From: a virus
Taxonomy: Duplodnaviria > Heunggongvirae > Uroviricota > Caudoviricetes
Virus record (IMG/VR): IMGVR_UViG_3300036828_000615
Span: 1-64,000 of that record
Reading direction: 5' to 3' (one strand)
DNA: 64,000 nucleotides
Position numbers and translations under genes: made by a program. This document shows positions 44,774 to 54,600 of this stretch, piece after piece; within the stretch, counting starts at the first letter, position 1; each line of letters starts with the position of its first letter. Under the pieces are notes generated by a model. The model worked only from the letters and a program-made list of their open reading frames with translations. It made no database searches and was not told the DNA's origin.

Positions 44774-46633
44774 TTATTCCGCGCTGATCGCTGCGATGGC
44801 CGAGGCCCACGCCCCGCGCAGAACCAGGGAGCCCGACCAGTTGTAGAGCTGGTTGGGCGTGTTCTGCAGCTGATAGCCCGCGATCCGGTTGATCTCGGTG
44901 TTGTTGACCCACGGCGCCCCGGGAATGGTGGCGAACGCGCCGCCCGAGTACGCCTCGGCGATGATCAGCGCGTTGACCGCGGCGGGGAAGATGGTGCCCG
45001 AGTCGTAGGCCAGGTCGTGCTGGCCGCTGTTGTGGCTCTGGGTGTTGATGACCGGCGTGGAGCCCAGGCCCATTACCTCGTAGGCGTCGAAGCCGTGCAC
45101 CACGCCCGAGCCGGTGACGTTGATCGCCACCCCGTTGGTGGCCGGACAGTCCGGCATCACCCAGGCGCTGATCCAGTACGCCACACCGTCGTCGCCGGCG
45201 GGGGTCTGGATACAGTTCGTCGAGCCGGGGTTCCAGATCGCGAACGTGCCCGTCGGGGTGATCGGGCCGAGCGGGTTGAGGTGGGGCGCGCTCACCACCA
45301 CCGAGCTGCCGGAGAGCACCACTCCGCCCATGACCACCACCACCGCGTCGCCGGCGACGATGGTCTTCTCGAAGGCGGGGAACAGGTTGTTGCAGTGCCC
45401 CACCATCTCGACGGGCGGAGTCGTCGGGCCGCCGCCGCCGGGCGTGCCGCCCGCGCCACCACCGAGGCTGCTGTAGCTGGCCTGCAGCATCGGCATCACC
45501 GTGACGTAGAGCTGCGCGTTGCGCGGGTTGAAGTTGTAGACGCCCAGCTTGCCGTCGTTCCACAGGTTCACATACACGCTGCCCTGCGCGGCGTTCACGT
45601 GGTTGGGCGGCACGATCGCATACCCGTTGACGGGGCTGATCGACTTGGCCTTGTCCTTGCTCGTGGAGTAATGCGGGAAGATGTTGACCTCGCCGATCGT
45701 CGTGCCCATCCCGCGCCCGATCTGCGTGCCGATGACCGGATCGCCCAACAGCACCTGGCAGCCCACCCGGAACGGGGACTTGGAGATCGTCACACCGCCC
45801 TCGCCCAGATGCCCCCAGACGATCGGGGTCCACGGGAAGGGCTGCGGCGGGATCGCGAAGTACCCGACCAGCACCTGCTGGGCCACCCCGGCGTACCCGG
45901 CGAACGCCGACTGCGGTACCGAGTAGGTGCGCGGCAGATAGTTGCCCAGCCCGCCCGGTCGCCAGATCGAGTGCCCGTCGCCGGTGTACTGGCCGGAGAA
46001 CATGAACACGTCACCGGAGACCGCACCCGTGTCCATCACGTCGGGGAAGGACCCCAGCGCCGACACCGGCCCGCTCGGTCCCGCCGGGGCGGCCAGGTGG
46101 AACAGCCAGAACGGGTCCAGCCGCGGCCCGAACGTCTCCACGTAGGACTGCGCCGACGGGTCGATCAGCTCGACGTCGGGGGTGATGTCGGGCACCGGGC
46201 CCGGGGGTCCCCAGGAGCCCATCATCAGCTTGCGGTAGCTGGCGCCGTACCAGATGTAGGCCCATTGCGCGGTGACCAGACCCTGGCTGTCGTGTTCTTG
46301 AATGATGTAGTAGCGCCCGATGTCATGGGGCGTGTCGGTCAGCGGCTTCAGCCTGGTCGGGTCATTGGCGGTCGGGTCGATGATCTGGCGGGTGGCGAAG
46401 CTGATCGGCCCCGGCGGTCCCTGCGCGCCGTCGAGCGCCGAGGTGTCCAGGTCGCCCTGATCGGCCATCACCTCCAGGTCCGCGGAGTAGCCCGAGGGTG
46501 TGCCGGGCATGGTGGCCTGCGCCTTGACGTGGACGTTGATCACCGCGTGCCCCAGTGGCACCAGCTCCCCGAGCTGTGGGGGTGCCACCGGCGGCGGCGC
46601 GGTGGGGTCGGTGAAATAGGCCGGGACGCTCAT
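44774..46633 (-). CDS. minor tail protein (619 aa), paralogue of gp43255
   Basis: Motif IPPQPFPWTPIVWGHLGEGGVTISKSPFRVGCQVLLGDP...GEVNIFPHYST. Confidence 0.8.
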   Translation of the reverse strand: MSVPAYFTDPTAPPPVAPPQLGELVPLGHAVINVHVKAQATMPGTPSGYSADLEVMADQGDLDTSALDGAQGPPGPISFATRQIIDPTANDPTRLKPLTDTPHDIGRYYIIQEHDSQGLVTAQWAYIWYGASYRKLMMGSWGPPGPVPDITPDVELIDPSAQSYVETFGPRLDPFWLFHLAAPAGPSGPVSALGSFPDVMDTGAVSGDVFMFSGQYTGDGHSIWRPGGLGNYLPRTYSVPQSAFAGYAGVAQQVLVGYFAIPPQPFPWTPIVWGHLGEGGVTISKSPFRVGCQVLLGDPVIGTQIGRGMGTTIGEVNIFPHYSTSKDKAKSISPVNGYAIVPPNHVNAAQGSVYVNLWNDGKLGVYNFNPRNAQLYVTVMPMLQASYSSLGGGAGGTPGGGGPTTPPVEMVGHCNNLFPAFEKTIVAGDAVVVVMGGVVLSGSSVVVSAPHLNPLGPITPTGTFAIWNPGSTNCIQTPAGDDGVAYWISAWVMPDCPATNGVAINVTGSGVVHGFDAYEVMGLGSTPVINTQSHNSGQHDLAYDSGTIFPAAVNALIIAEAYSGGAFATIPGAPWVNNTEINRIAGYQLQNTPNQLYNWSGSLVLRGAWASAIAAISAE

Positions 46634-47328
46634 GGCTTCCTTTCCGCGCAGTCAGGACAGGACTGGCCGGGTTCCAGCTCGCGTTTGCACACCGAGCACA
46701 CCCACTCCTCGGTGATCGTCGGGGTCACCGACCAGGGCGACGCGAGCTGCTGGCCCCGGTCGCCGTCGCGCATCGCGGCCAGCCGACGGGTGTCGGGCGG
46801 CAGGTGATGCTCGGTGGAACGGTGGTGCGGCAGCAGTTCGCCGGCGGCGTCGTCGGGCGCGCGCACGTCCACATAGGTGTAGGCACCCTCATAACAGCCC
46901 GGCGCCGTGTACGGGCGCTTCTTGACGTAGACGTGCGCGGAGCGCCGGAACCCCAGCAGCGCCAGCGTCCAGGCGATCGCCACCTTCGGCTGGGTCATAT
47001 AGACACCGGACAGATCGACGGTGTGCCCGTCGGGGTCGGTGGGATAGTCCAGCGCCTGATAGATCTCGAGGTAGGCGGCCTGCACCTTGAGCATCTCCTG
47101 GGCGAGTTTGCGCTCCTGCCCGGTCAGCCCGGCCGCCTCGATGGTCTTGTGCGTCAGCTCGCCGTGCTCGCCGAACTGCAGCAGGGGTGCCTGGCCGGCG
47201 TAGTCGTCGGCCGAGGAGCTCGGGGTGTAGCGGGAGTCGGGCCGCGCGTTACGCGCGCCGACGTCACGCGGCTGACCCTCGACGATCGGGGGGTGCCCAT
47301 TTTTGGGCACCGGGTGCTCAGGCGCCAT
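46630..47328 (-). CDS. hypothetical tail-associated protein with C-terminal zinc ribbon
   Basis: ATGA overlap. C-terminal CSVCKRELEPGQSCPDC. Confidence 0.55.
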   Translation of the reverse strand: MAPEHPVPKNGHPPIVEGQPRDVGARNARPDSRYTPSSSADDYAGQAPLLQFGEHGELTHKTIEAAGLTGQERKLAQEMLKVQAAYLEIYQALDYPTDPDGHTVDLSGVYMTQPKVAIAWTLALLGFRRSAHVYVKKRPYTAPGCYEGAYTYVDVRAPDDAAGELLPHHRSTEHHLPPDTRRLAAMRDGDRGQQLASPWSVTPTITEEWVCSVCKRELEPGQSCPDCAERKP

Positions 47329-47878
47329 GGCCGCTCCTTGGACGCTGAGCCGCGATGGCTCGCATCCGCTCCCGGTTACGTGTGCGCTGGCATTCGCGGC
47401 AGATCCTCGAGGTCACCCCGGTTTTCTTATTCAGATACAGGTAGGTGTTCTCCGGCGTGTACTCATGCCTGAGCGGGCAGTGCGTCTTGTTGGTGTTGCG
47501 GTTGGTGCCGTGCACCTGCTGGTCCTGCGCGTTTTCGGTCTTGGTTCCCCACGAGAGGTTGTCCAGCCGGTTGTTCGCCGGGTCGCGGTCGGGGAAGTGA
47601 CGGCACTCCAGCCCCGGCGGGCACGGTCCCACGAACGCCTCCAACGCCAGCCGGTGCACATAGTGGCGCTCCTGCACGTTGCAGCTGGACAGCACCACGA
47701 TCAGGTGCCCCTCTTTGGTCTGTGGGTAGGGCTTGAGCAGCCGCCCGCAGTGCATGGCCGTGCCGCCGCCGCGCACCCGGCGCGGATGCGGCAATGACCG
47801 CACCCTGCCCAGGTCGCTGACTTCGTAGAGCCCTTCGAATCCCACTACCGGCAACCACCGCTCGTTGTAATCATCCAT
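47318..47878 (-). CDS. HNH homing endonuclease (NUMOD4 plus HNH_3) inside the tail gene cluster
   Basis: Motifs YEVSDLGRVRSL and HFPDRDPANNRLDNLSWGTKTENAQDQ. Confidence 0.8.
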   Translation of the reverse strand: MDDYNERWLPVVGFEGLYEVSDLGRVRSLPHPRRVRGGGTAMHCGRLLKPYPQTKEGHLIVVLSSCNVQERHYVHRLALEAFVGPCPPGLECRHFPDRDPANNRLDNLSWGTKTENAQDQQVHGTNRNTNKTHCPLRHEYTPENTYLYLNKKTGVTSRICRECQRTRNRERMRAIAAQRPRSGHGA

Positions 47879-47924
47879 AAATGTATAATAGTTACATCAG
47901 TGCAGTTCATACGTGTTTTTCTCC

Positions 47925-49868
47925 TTATGCCTCGAAAATAGTGCCTTCGCCAGCTACCTCACTGATCAGGCTGTAGACCGCGCCGATGGTCTTGAACGCG
48001 GCGGCGAACGGATCGCCCTTGTGCTTGTCCTGGCCGATCTTGAGGCTCACCGTCAGTGGCTTGTCCCAGCTCCACTCCCGCTTGATGCCGTAGACGTTGT
48101 CGACGTAAATGATCCCGTTCTCCTCGAAGCCGACCCGATCTCCCAGGTAGTAGTCGTAGTCGGCGATCCACGGCATCCCGTCGATGGCGTCGGCCTTGAA
48201 CGCGACGAACGTGCGGGTCTTCCAGTTCCCGTCGCGCAGGGTGAGCACCGACGCGAGCGTGTAGGCGGTGCCCGAGCCCTGCTCGAAGTGCTCCTGCCAG
48301 GCCACGTCGCCGCCATAGAGGGCGCGGACCGGATCAGTGAATCTTTGCCAGGCCAATAATGTATTATCAAGCTGCCCCTGGTACAAGTTGTCAAGTCCCG
48401 CACCGATCGGCGCGCTGCCCACTTGTCCGAACAGGCCCTCGGTAATCACCAGCTGGAGCTGAGACAGTCCGTAGCGGATGGCGAAGGTCTGCGCCTGGTT
48501 GACCAGCACCGGGGATTTGGAGCCGGTCATGATCGTCTTGGGCGAACCCTTGTGCCAGGTCAGATCGGAATTGATGATGCCGTTGTAGGTCGAGTCCCAC
48601 CAGATGACCTTCGGTGGCGCCGGTGCCACGTCGAGCAGCGTGGAGATCAGCGTGGACTGGTCGATGCCCGCCGCGTCGGCCAGCGGCTCGCCGTTCAGGA
48701 TGGCCGCCGGGTCGTAGACCTTTCCGCTGCCCAGGTCATAGCTGATCGGGGTGATCAGGTCGTCCAGCGTCACCGCCACCGTGGACAGGAATCCATCGGC
48801 CGCGGTTCCGCTCGGGCCGGTGACGCCGTCCTTCTGCTCGAAGGCGAACACGCAGCAGTTGCGCTGCGGGGCGGCCAGCTTGTCGAGGTTGCTCTTGAGG
48901 TTGTTGGTGTCGACGCCCAGGTTGTTCAGCGTGTCGGGGATGGTGTTGAGCAGCCCCGCCAGCTCGCCGTTCGGCGAGTCCGGGTCGGTCTTGAGGTAGG
49001 TGTAGACCCGCATGATGCAGCCGGCGTCATTCAGGATGTCCTTGAACGAGTCGTACCAGTTCTTCCAGGTCGCGCCGACCGCGCTCCACCGCGACTGGTC
49101 GAACAACGGGTCCACGAACGCCACCTGGATCGGCCAGGCGGTCGGCAGGAAGTTGGTCAGCGCGTCGGCGTTGAGCGGGTCGATCCAGCCGAACGGGTTC
49201 AGCGCGTTGGTGATCGTCGACCAGCCCGGCATGAACAGCCGGGCCAGGTTGATGAAGGCGCTCACCATGCAGATGGTGCGCACCGGTCCGGGCAGCACCC
49301 ACATGCGCGGCAGCTGGATCTCCGGCGGGAAGATCGGGTTGGCCGCGATCAGCAGGCGCTTGGCGTGCTCGAAGAAACTCAGGGCGGTCAGCTCGATCTC
49401 GTGAACGCCCTTGTCGTCCTTCTTGACGTGGATCTCGGTGATCTTGCCGCCCCAGCGTTTGCGCCAGTCCTGCTGCGTGGGGATCGGGTCGATGAGCAGG
49501 TGCAGGTCGGCGACCAGGTGGGTCTGGTTGGTCATGTAGTCGGTGAGCCAGTTGTCGTAGGTGATCTTCACCGAGCACTTGCCGGTGTCGTCCATCAACT
49601 CCTCGACGCTCACGTCGACCTCGCCGTCGAGCTCCTGCATGACGTCGAGGTTGTTGTCGGCCAGCCGGATCAGCGGCTTGTTCTTGGCCGCCATCAGCGT
49701 GGTCAGCCGCACGCCCTCGAGATAGGTCGCGGCCGCCACCGGTTGGGTCAGCGGCGGTTCCCCGGCGACCCCGGGAATCGGCAGAAACGACTGCACCCAG
49801 CTGGTCAGCTTCATCCCGGCCGTGCTGGCAGTCGGCAGGCCGAGAATGTCCTGTAGCGCCTGGCTCAT
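47925..49868 (-). CDS. minor tail protein (647 aa)
   Basis: Large protein with balanced composition, located in the distal tail gene block. Confidence 0.75.
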   Translation of the reverse strand: MSQALQDILGLPTASTAGMKLTSWVQSFLPIPGVAGEPPLTQPVAAATYLEGVRLTTLMAAKNKPLIRLADNNLDVMQELDGEVDVSVEELMDDTGKCSVKITYDNWLTDYMTNQTHLVADLHLLIDPIPTQQDWRKRWGGKITEIHVKKDDKGVHEIELTALSFFEHAKRLLIAANPIFPPEIQLPRMWVLPGPVRTICMVSAFINLARLFMPGWSTITNALNPFGWIDPLNADALTNFLPTAWPIQVAFVDPLFDQSRWSAVGATWKNWYDSFKDILNDAGCIMRVYTYLKTDPDSPNGELAGLLNTIPDTLNNLGVDTNNLKSNLDKLAAPQRNCCVFAFEQKDGVTGPSGTAADGFLSTVAVTLDDLITPISYDLGSGKVYDPAAILNGEPLADAAGIDQSTLISTLLDVAPAPPKVIWWDSTYNGIINSDLTWHKGSPKTIMTGSKSPVLVNQAQTFAIRYGLSQLQLVITEGLFGQVGSAPIGAGLDNLYQGQLDNTLLAWQRFTDPVRALYGGDVAWQEHFEQGSGTAYTLASVLTLRDGNWKTRTFVAFKADAIDGMPWIADYDYYLGDRVGFEENGIIYVDNVYGIKREWSWDKPLTVSLKIGQDKHKGDPFAAAFKTIGAVYSLISEVAGEGTIFEA

Positions 49869-50442
49869 GTCACACCGCCGGCTTAGGGTGCGTGACGTGA
49901 AGCGGTGCGGACGATGCGGAGAAGCGAAGCCGCCGGAGGCGTTCTACGCCAGCGTCCCTCGCATCTGCAAAGACTGCATTAAGGCCGCATCTGCCCGGTG
50001 GCGAAAAGCCAATCCTGAGCAAGTGCGTGATTACGCCGCTGGATATTCCAGGAAGGAACCACGTAGGTATTACGCCGGTTACCGCGCGCGGAACCGCCGA
50101 CACTTGCGTGCCTATGCTCGCCAACGTCACCACGAGCGATATGACACCGAGCCGAGTTATCGCCTGCGGTGCAGGATGTATGGCGCGCTGCGACGAGCAC
50201 GTAAACAGACCGGCGCGATCCCGTTCACTATCGAGGAACTCGAGGGGAAGTTCACCTACTGGAACAACTGCTGCTGGGTCTGCGGCGATCCGGCCGACGA
50301 GGTCGATCACGTCAAACCATTGGCGGTCGGTGGCAAACATATGCTGTGCAACCTGAGGCCGATCTGTATCTCGTGCAACCGCCGTAAACATGGTCGGTGG
50401 CCCCTGCCGTCGCGGGCAGAGATTCTGGGATTCGCTGCGTAG
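49867..50442 (+). CDS. HNH endonuclease (start uncertain)
   Basis: Motif CWVCGDPADEVDHVKPLAVGGKHMLCNLRPICISCNRRKHG. Opposite strand, inserted between tail genes. Confidence 0.65.
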   Translation: MSHRRLRVRDVKRCGRCGEAKPPEAFYASVPRICKDCIKAASARWRKANPEQVRDYAAGYSRKEPRRYYAGYRARNRRHLRAYARQRHHERYDTEPSYRLRCRMYGALRRARKQTGAIPFTIEELEGKFTYWNNCCWVCGDPADEVDHVKPLAVGGKHMLCNLRPICISCNRRKHGRWPLPSRAEILGFAA

Positions 50443-50451
50443 CACCATAAT

Positions 50452-51627
50452 TCACCGGCTCCGCTTAAACCTTTGTGGGATTATGGCGACTATCACTCCG
50501 TTGGGGTCGCTGTGCGCCACCGTCAGGTTGGTCACCGTCTGCGGTGGTACAGCAAACATAAATTTATTATTCCACTGAAGCTGCAGCGGAACGCCCTGGT
50601 TGGCGATGCCGGACAGGAAGAAGTCCAGCACCATCGACTGCCGGATCAGGTCGAACACCAGGGAGTCCTTCGGATCGGCCGCCGAGGTCAGGGTGCGCTT
50701 GGAGGGCTCGGTGTCACACAGGTAGGTGCCCATCGAGGGCGCGGTCTGCGGCAGCGCCACCAGCCGGGTCGAGTCGTTGTCCTGCACAATGGCCTGCCCG
50801 GGACTGGACACCAGAAAGCTCACGTAGCTCGGCAGGTCGCCGCGGTTGGCGATCGGCAGGGTGCCCCAGTAGAACTCGCTCATCCCGGTCAGCTCGTCGA
50901 CGAACGTGACCAGCCCGCTCAGGATGCCCCCGCCCTGCGGGTAGACCTTGGGCGGGCCGGCGTTGGCCGCCGAGAACGTCTTGTACAGCGAGGGCTTGGT
51001 GAAGTACGGGCGCGCCGCCAGCCAGGTGATGTCCCACTGGCTCGCGTTGTTGCCGTAGGCGACCGGGTCGATCTTCTGCGCGCTCTTGACCGTTTCCTGC
51101 GGGCGCACCGGAATCCAGCGCCAGCCCGAGTAGCGCGTGTAGACGCCCATCCAGCCGTCGTTGGCCTCATCCTGGCCGGCCCACCAGTTGTCCTCGGCCA
51201 GCCGGTACTGGTACTCGGTCATCGGCGGAGCCTGGGTGCCCACGATGATGCCCAGGTCGAACTGACGCTCGGGGATGTTCTGGCGTTCGATACTGGCGCC
51301 GAACATGTAGGGGCTGTTGACCAGCACCTGCTTGAAGGGCCACTGCTGATCACCCTGCAGCTGGGTGGCCAGCCGAACCCCCTCACGGCCCTTGTTCGGC
51401 CCGGCCAGGTTGAACACCCGGGACAGGTCGGGCACCAGGTACACCAGGTGCGTCATCATGCCGCGCACCTGCGGCGGCAGCTGCAGGAAGCTCACCGGTG
51501 CGACCAGCTCGGGGAGATAGGCCGTCGAGTAGCTACCCTGCGGCCAGTTCGTCTGCACCCCGCCGACGGTGACCAGCCGGGGGGCGATGGCGGCGCGGGT
51601 CATGCCACGCGGGCGCGAAGTGGTCAT
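50452..51627 (-). CDS. minor tail protein (distal-tail-like, 391 aa)
   Basis: ATGA overlap with the TMP stop. Lies immediately downstream of the TMP. Confidence 0.7.
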   Translation of the reverse strand: MTTSRPRGMTRAAIAPRLVTVGGVQTNWPQGSYSTAYLPELVAPVSFLQLPPQVRGMMTHLVYLVPDLSRVFNLAGPNKGREGVRLATQLQGDQQWPFKQVLVNSPYMFGASIERQNIPERQFDLGIIVGTQAPPMTEYQYRLAEDNWWAGQDEANDGWMGVYTRYSGWRWIPVRPQETVKSAQKIDPVAYGNNASQWDITWLAARPYFTKPSLYKTFSAANAGPPKVYPQGGGILSGLVTFVDELTGMSEFYWGTLPIANRGDLPSYVSFLVSSPGQAIVQDNDSTRLVALPQTAPSMGTYLCDTEPSKRTLTSAADPKDSLVFDLIRQSMVLDFFLSGIANQGVPLQLQWNNKFMFAVPPQTVTNLTVAHSDPNGVIVAIIPQRFKRSR

Positions 51628-54600
51628 GCCGGCACCCCCGCGCCGCCGAAGAATGCCGGCGCCCGCATGAAGGACAGCATCGAGGACTGGATGAAATTCT
51701 TGGCGCTGTCACCGGGCTTGGGGTCGATGTTCTGGTTGACGGTCAGACTGTTGCCGCCGCTCATCGCGGCTCCCGGGGTCGCCGCGGGCGGTTGGCTGGC
51801 CGCCATCCCGCGTGCGATGTTGGCCGCCGGCGGGGGGCCGAGGCGCCCCTCGGCGCGGGCCTGGCGGATCGCGAGGGACGCCGGGTGCTCCAGCCAGTCG
51901 AGAATGCCGCCCGCGCCGCCGATCGACCCACCGGAACCCGCGCCGCCCCACCCGCCGTCACGGTCGCTGTCGCCGCCGCCGCCACCGTCGCCCCCACCGA
52001 AGTACACGTTGGGGTCCCCCGAGGCGGCCGGTCCGGCCGATCCGCTCCCCGGGAACATCCCCGGCAGCCCCTTGGGCGGTCCGCTCCCCGGCCCGGCCCC
52101 GGGTAGCTGCCCGGCCCCGCCCCCTGGTGGCGGCGCCGCCGACGCCGGGGGCGCTATCTCCTTTTTGTCGTGACCCCAGAATCTGCGGGTGCGTTTACCG
52201 TTGAGCGTCATCTCGAATTCCGCCCCCGGCGGCGCGCCCGCAAGTGGTGTGAGGAAATGCGCCCCTTCGGGGGCGCCCTCCATTCCCGGCTCCTCGCTGC
52301 CTTCGGGCTGGATGTTCGGTTTCTCCTCCGCCGGCGCCGTGTCTTTCGGATACCACCTGCCCTTCCTGTTGACCATGTCGCCGTGCTGGTAGGTGTAGCC
52401 GCCGCCGGAGGGGATGTCCTTCTCACCCCAGGGCATCGTGTACACGCCCGATGCATCAGGTCCCCCGGCCGCGGGCGTGGTGGCCGCACCGCCCGGCGCC
52501 TGGTCGGTACCCGAGGCGCCCAGACCGGCGCCTGGACCCCCAGTGCCCTTCCACTTGCCGCCGACGCCACCCGCTTCGCCGACCATGTTGGCCAGGTTCA
52601 GCGCGAACGACGCGCCGCCGGCGAACAGCTTCCAGATGCCCCACTCCCACGGCGGCTTGGCGAACACGTCGCCGAACCCGAGTTCCTGGGCCATGCCCTT
52701 GACCAGACCCGCGCCCATCGAGGCGGCGTTCTCGTCCGGCGTCGTCTTCTCCTTGGTTCCCGGCGCCGGTGCCAGCTCCTTCTCGGTCTGGTCAATGATG
52801 GCGTCGTGCTGGGCCCTCTTGGCGTTGGTGACCGCCGTGGTGGCGGCCTCGTCGGCCGTGGTGGCCTTGCGAAGTTCGGCCATCGCATCCTTGTATGGCT
52901 TGAAGTTCTCCTCCCAGTCCCGGCGCTGCTGCGCGGTCATCTTGGCCAGTGAATCCTTGTACTGGTCCTCGATGCCGGTGACCGCTTCCCGTGCCTGGCG
53001 CAGCCGCTCGGCAGTGTTGATCTGGTCCTGGATGGCCTTGTCGAGGCTGGTGGTGTCCTTGGTGAGGTTCTCCTGGGCCCGCTCGGCGGCGTGCAGCCAT
53101 TCGATGAAGTCGTGCGCCTGCTTCACCGTCATGCCCATCAGGTTGTCCAGCGAGGGATACACGTAGTACCCGAACCTGGTGCTCACCGCGCCGGGGGTGT
53201 CGGCCGCCGCCCGGGCCCCCTCCGAGTGCGGCGGTGGCCGGTCGCCGGGTGCGGCAGGGGCGTCGCGGTCACCACCGCCGCCGTCGTCGGGACCATCGCC
53301 ACCCATGACGCTGCTGTAGGGGGAGGGCACGATGGCCGGCTCGCCGCCGCCCTGCATTCCCAGCGCCGAGGACAGCCAGGACGGTAGCACCGCCTTGAGC
53401 TGGGCGCGCAGTGCCGCACCGGCCGGAGAGAGCCGGGTGCTGCCCCCGATCGCGGCGCTGCCGTAGCTGCCGGCGTAGCTGCCCGCGGTGGACGCGCCGC
53501 CCCAGGCCCCCGACCCGCTCGCGCCGGTCGAGCGCATCGCCGAGGCGAAACGGCGCAGCCGGTCGGTCTCCTCCGGCGTGTAGGAGAGACCGCTCATGTC
53601 CGCCTTGCCCGCAGGCCACCAGTCCAGGCCGTGATTCTTGCCGCCGTGCTCCTGATGGCCCGGATAGGTGGACGCGTTCAGCCCGTACTGGCGCCCCAGT
53701 GCCAACACCCAGCCGAAGCCCGCGCTGGCGAACTCGGGGTGCTCGTGGCCGGTGCCGGGCAGATTGGTCCCGGTCGGCATCCCGTAGGGCGCCCCGTCGG
53801 GGCCGGTCTCGAAGCTGGTGTGCACGTGCCCGTGGTGTCCGCCCCAGTCGGCGTTGTAGTACTGCGGCTGGCTGGTGCCGGGCCCGACTAGCCCATAGGG
53901 CGCCGCCTCCCCGTAGAACTCGCGGGTGTTGGGCGGGTTGTAGATGACCTGCAACACCCCGGTCCCGCCGCCGGTCGCGCGCCGTTGCAGGGTCCCCTGG
54001 TTCATCGCGTGCAGCAGACCAGCAGGCGCGGCGCCGGGCGGGATGACCCGCTCACCGGGTTGGGCGATGATCGGGATCATGCCACCGGTGGCGTAGCTGC
54101 CCTGCGGGCCCACTCCCAGGATGTGGTCGAGGATGTCGGCGTAGTTCTGGCTGCTGTTGCGGTTCATGATGAACGTGCCCGGCGGCACCTTCATCGGCAC
54201 GGTGTCGCGCCCTGGCCAGTAGTTGCCCTTGATGTGCCCGCCGCCGTTGAACCCCTCGGGCTTGTTGCCGGTCAGCATCTCCCAGAAACTCTTGTGCTCC
54301 TCGTCGCCCTTCTTCTCGGGCAGCGCGAAGCCCAGTTCGCCCAGTATCCCCTTGAAGAACCCGGACAGCAGCCCGCCTTTTTGGTATCCCATCGGCGCCA
54401 TCGTCGAGTCGGCCTGCTGCACGTTGAGGACCGCCAGGTCCGGCGGCACGTTCTTACCCAGACCGCCCTTGCCGCGCGGGCGGTCTGGCGCGCCGTTGGC
54501 GTAATACCGCTGGATGTAGCGCATCGAGGCGATCAGGTTGGTCAGCGGGTTGCGCAGTCCCTTCGGGTCCACCCCGAACTCCGCGGCCGTGCCGGGGGTG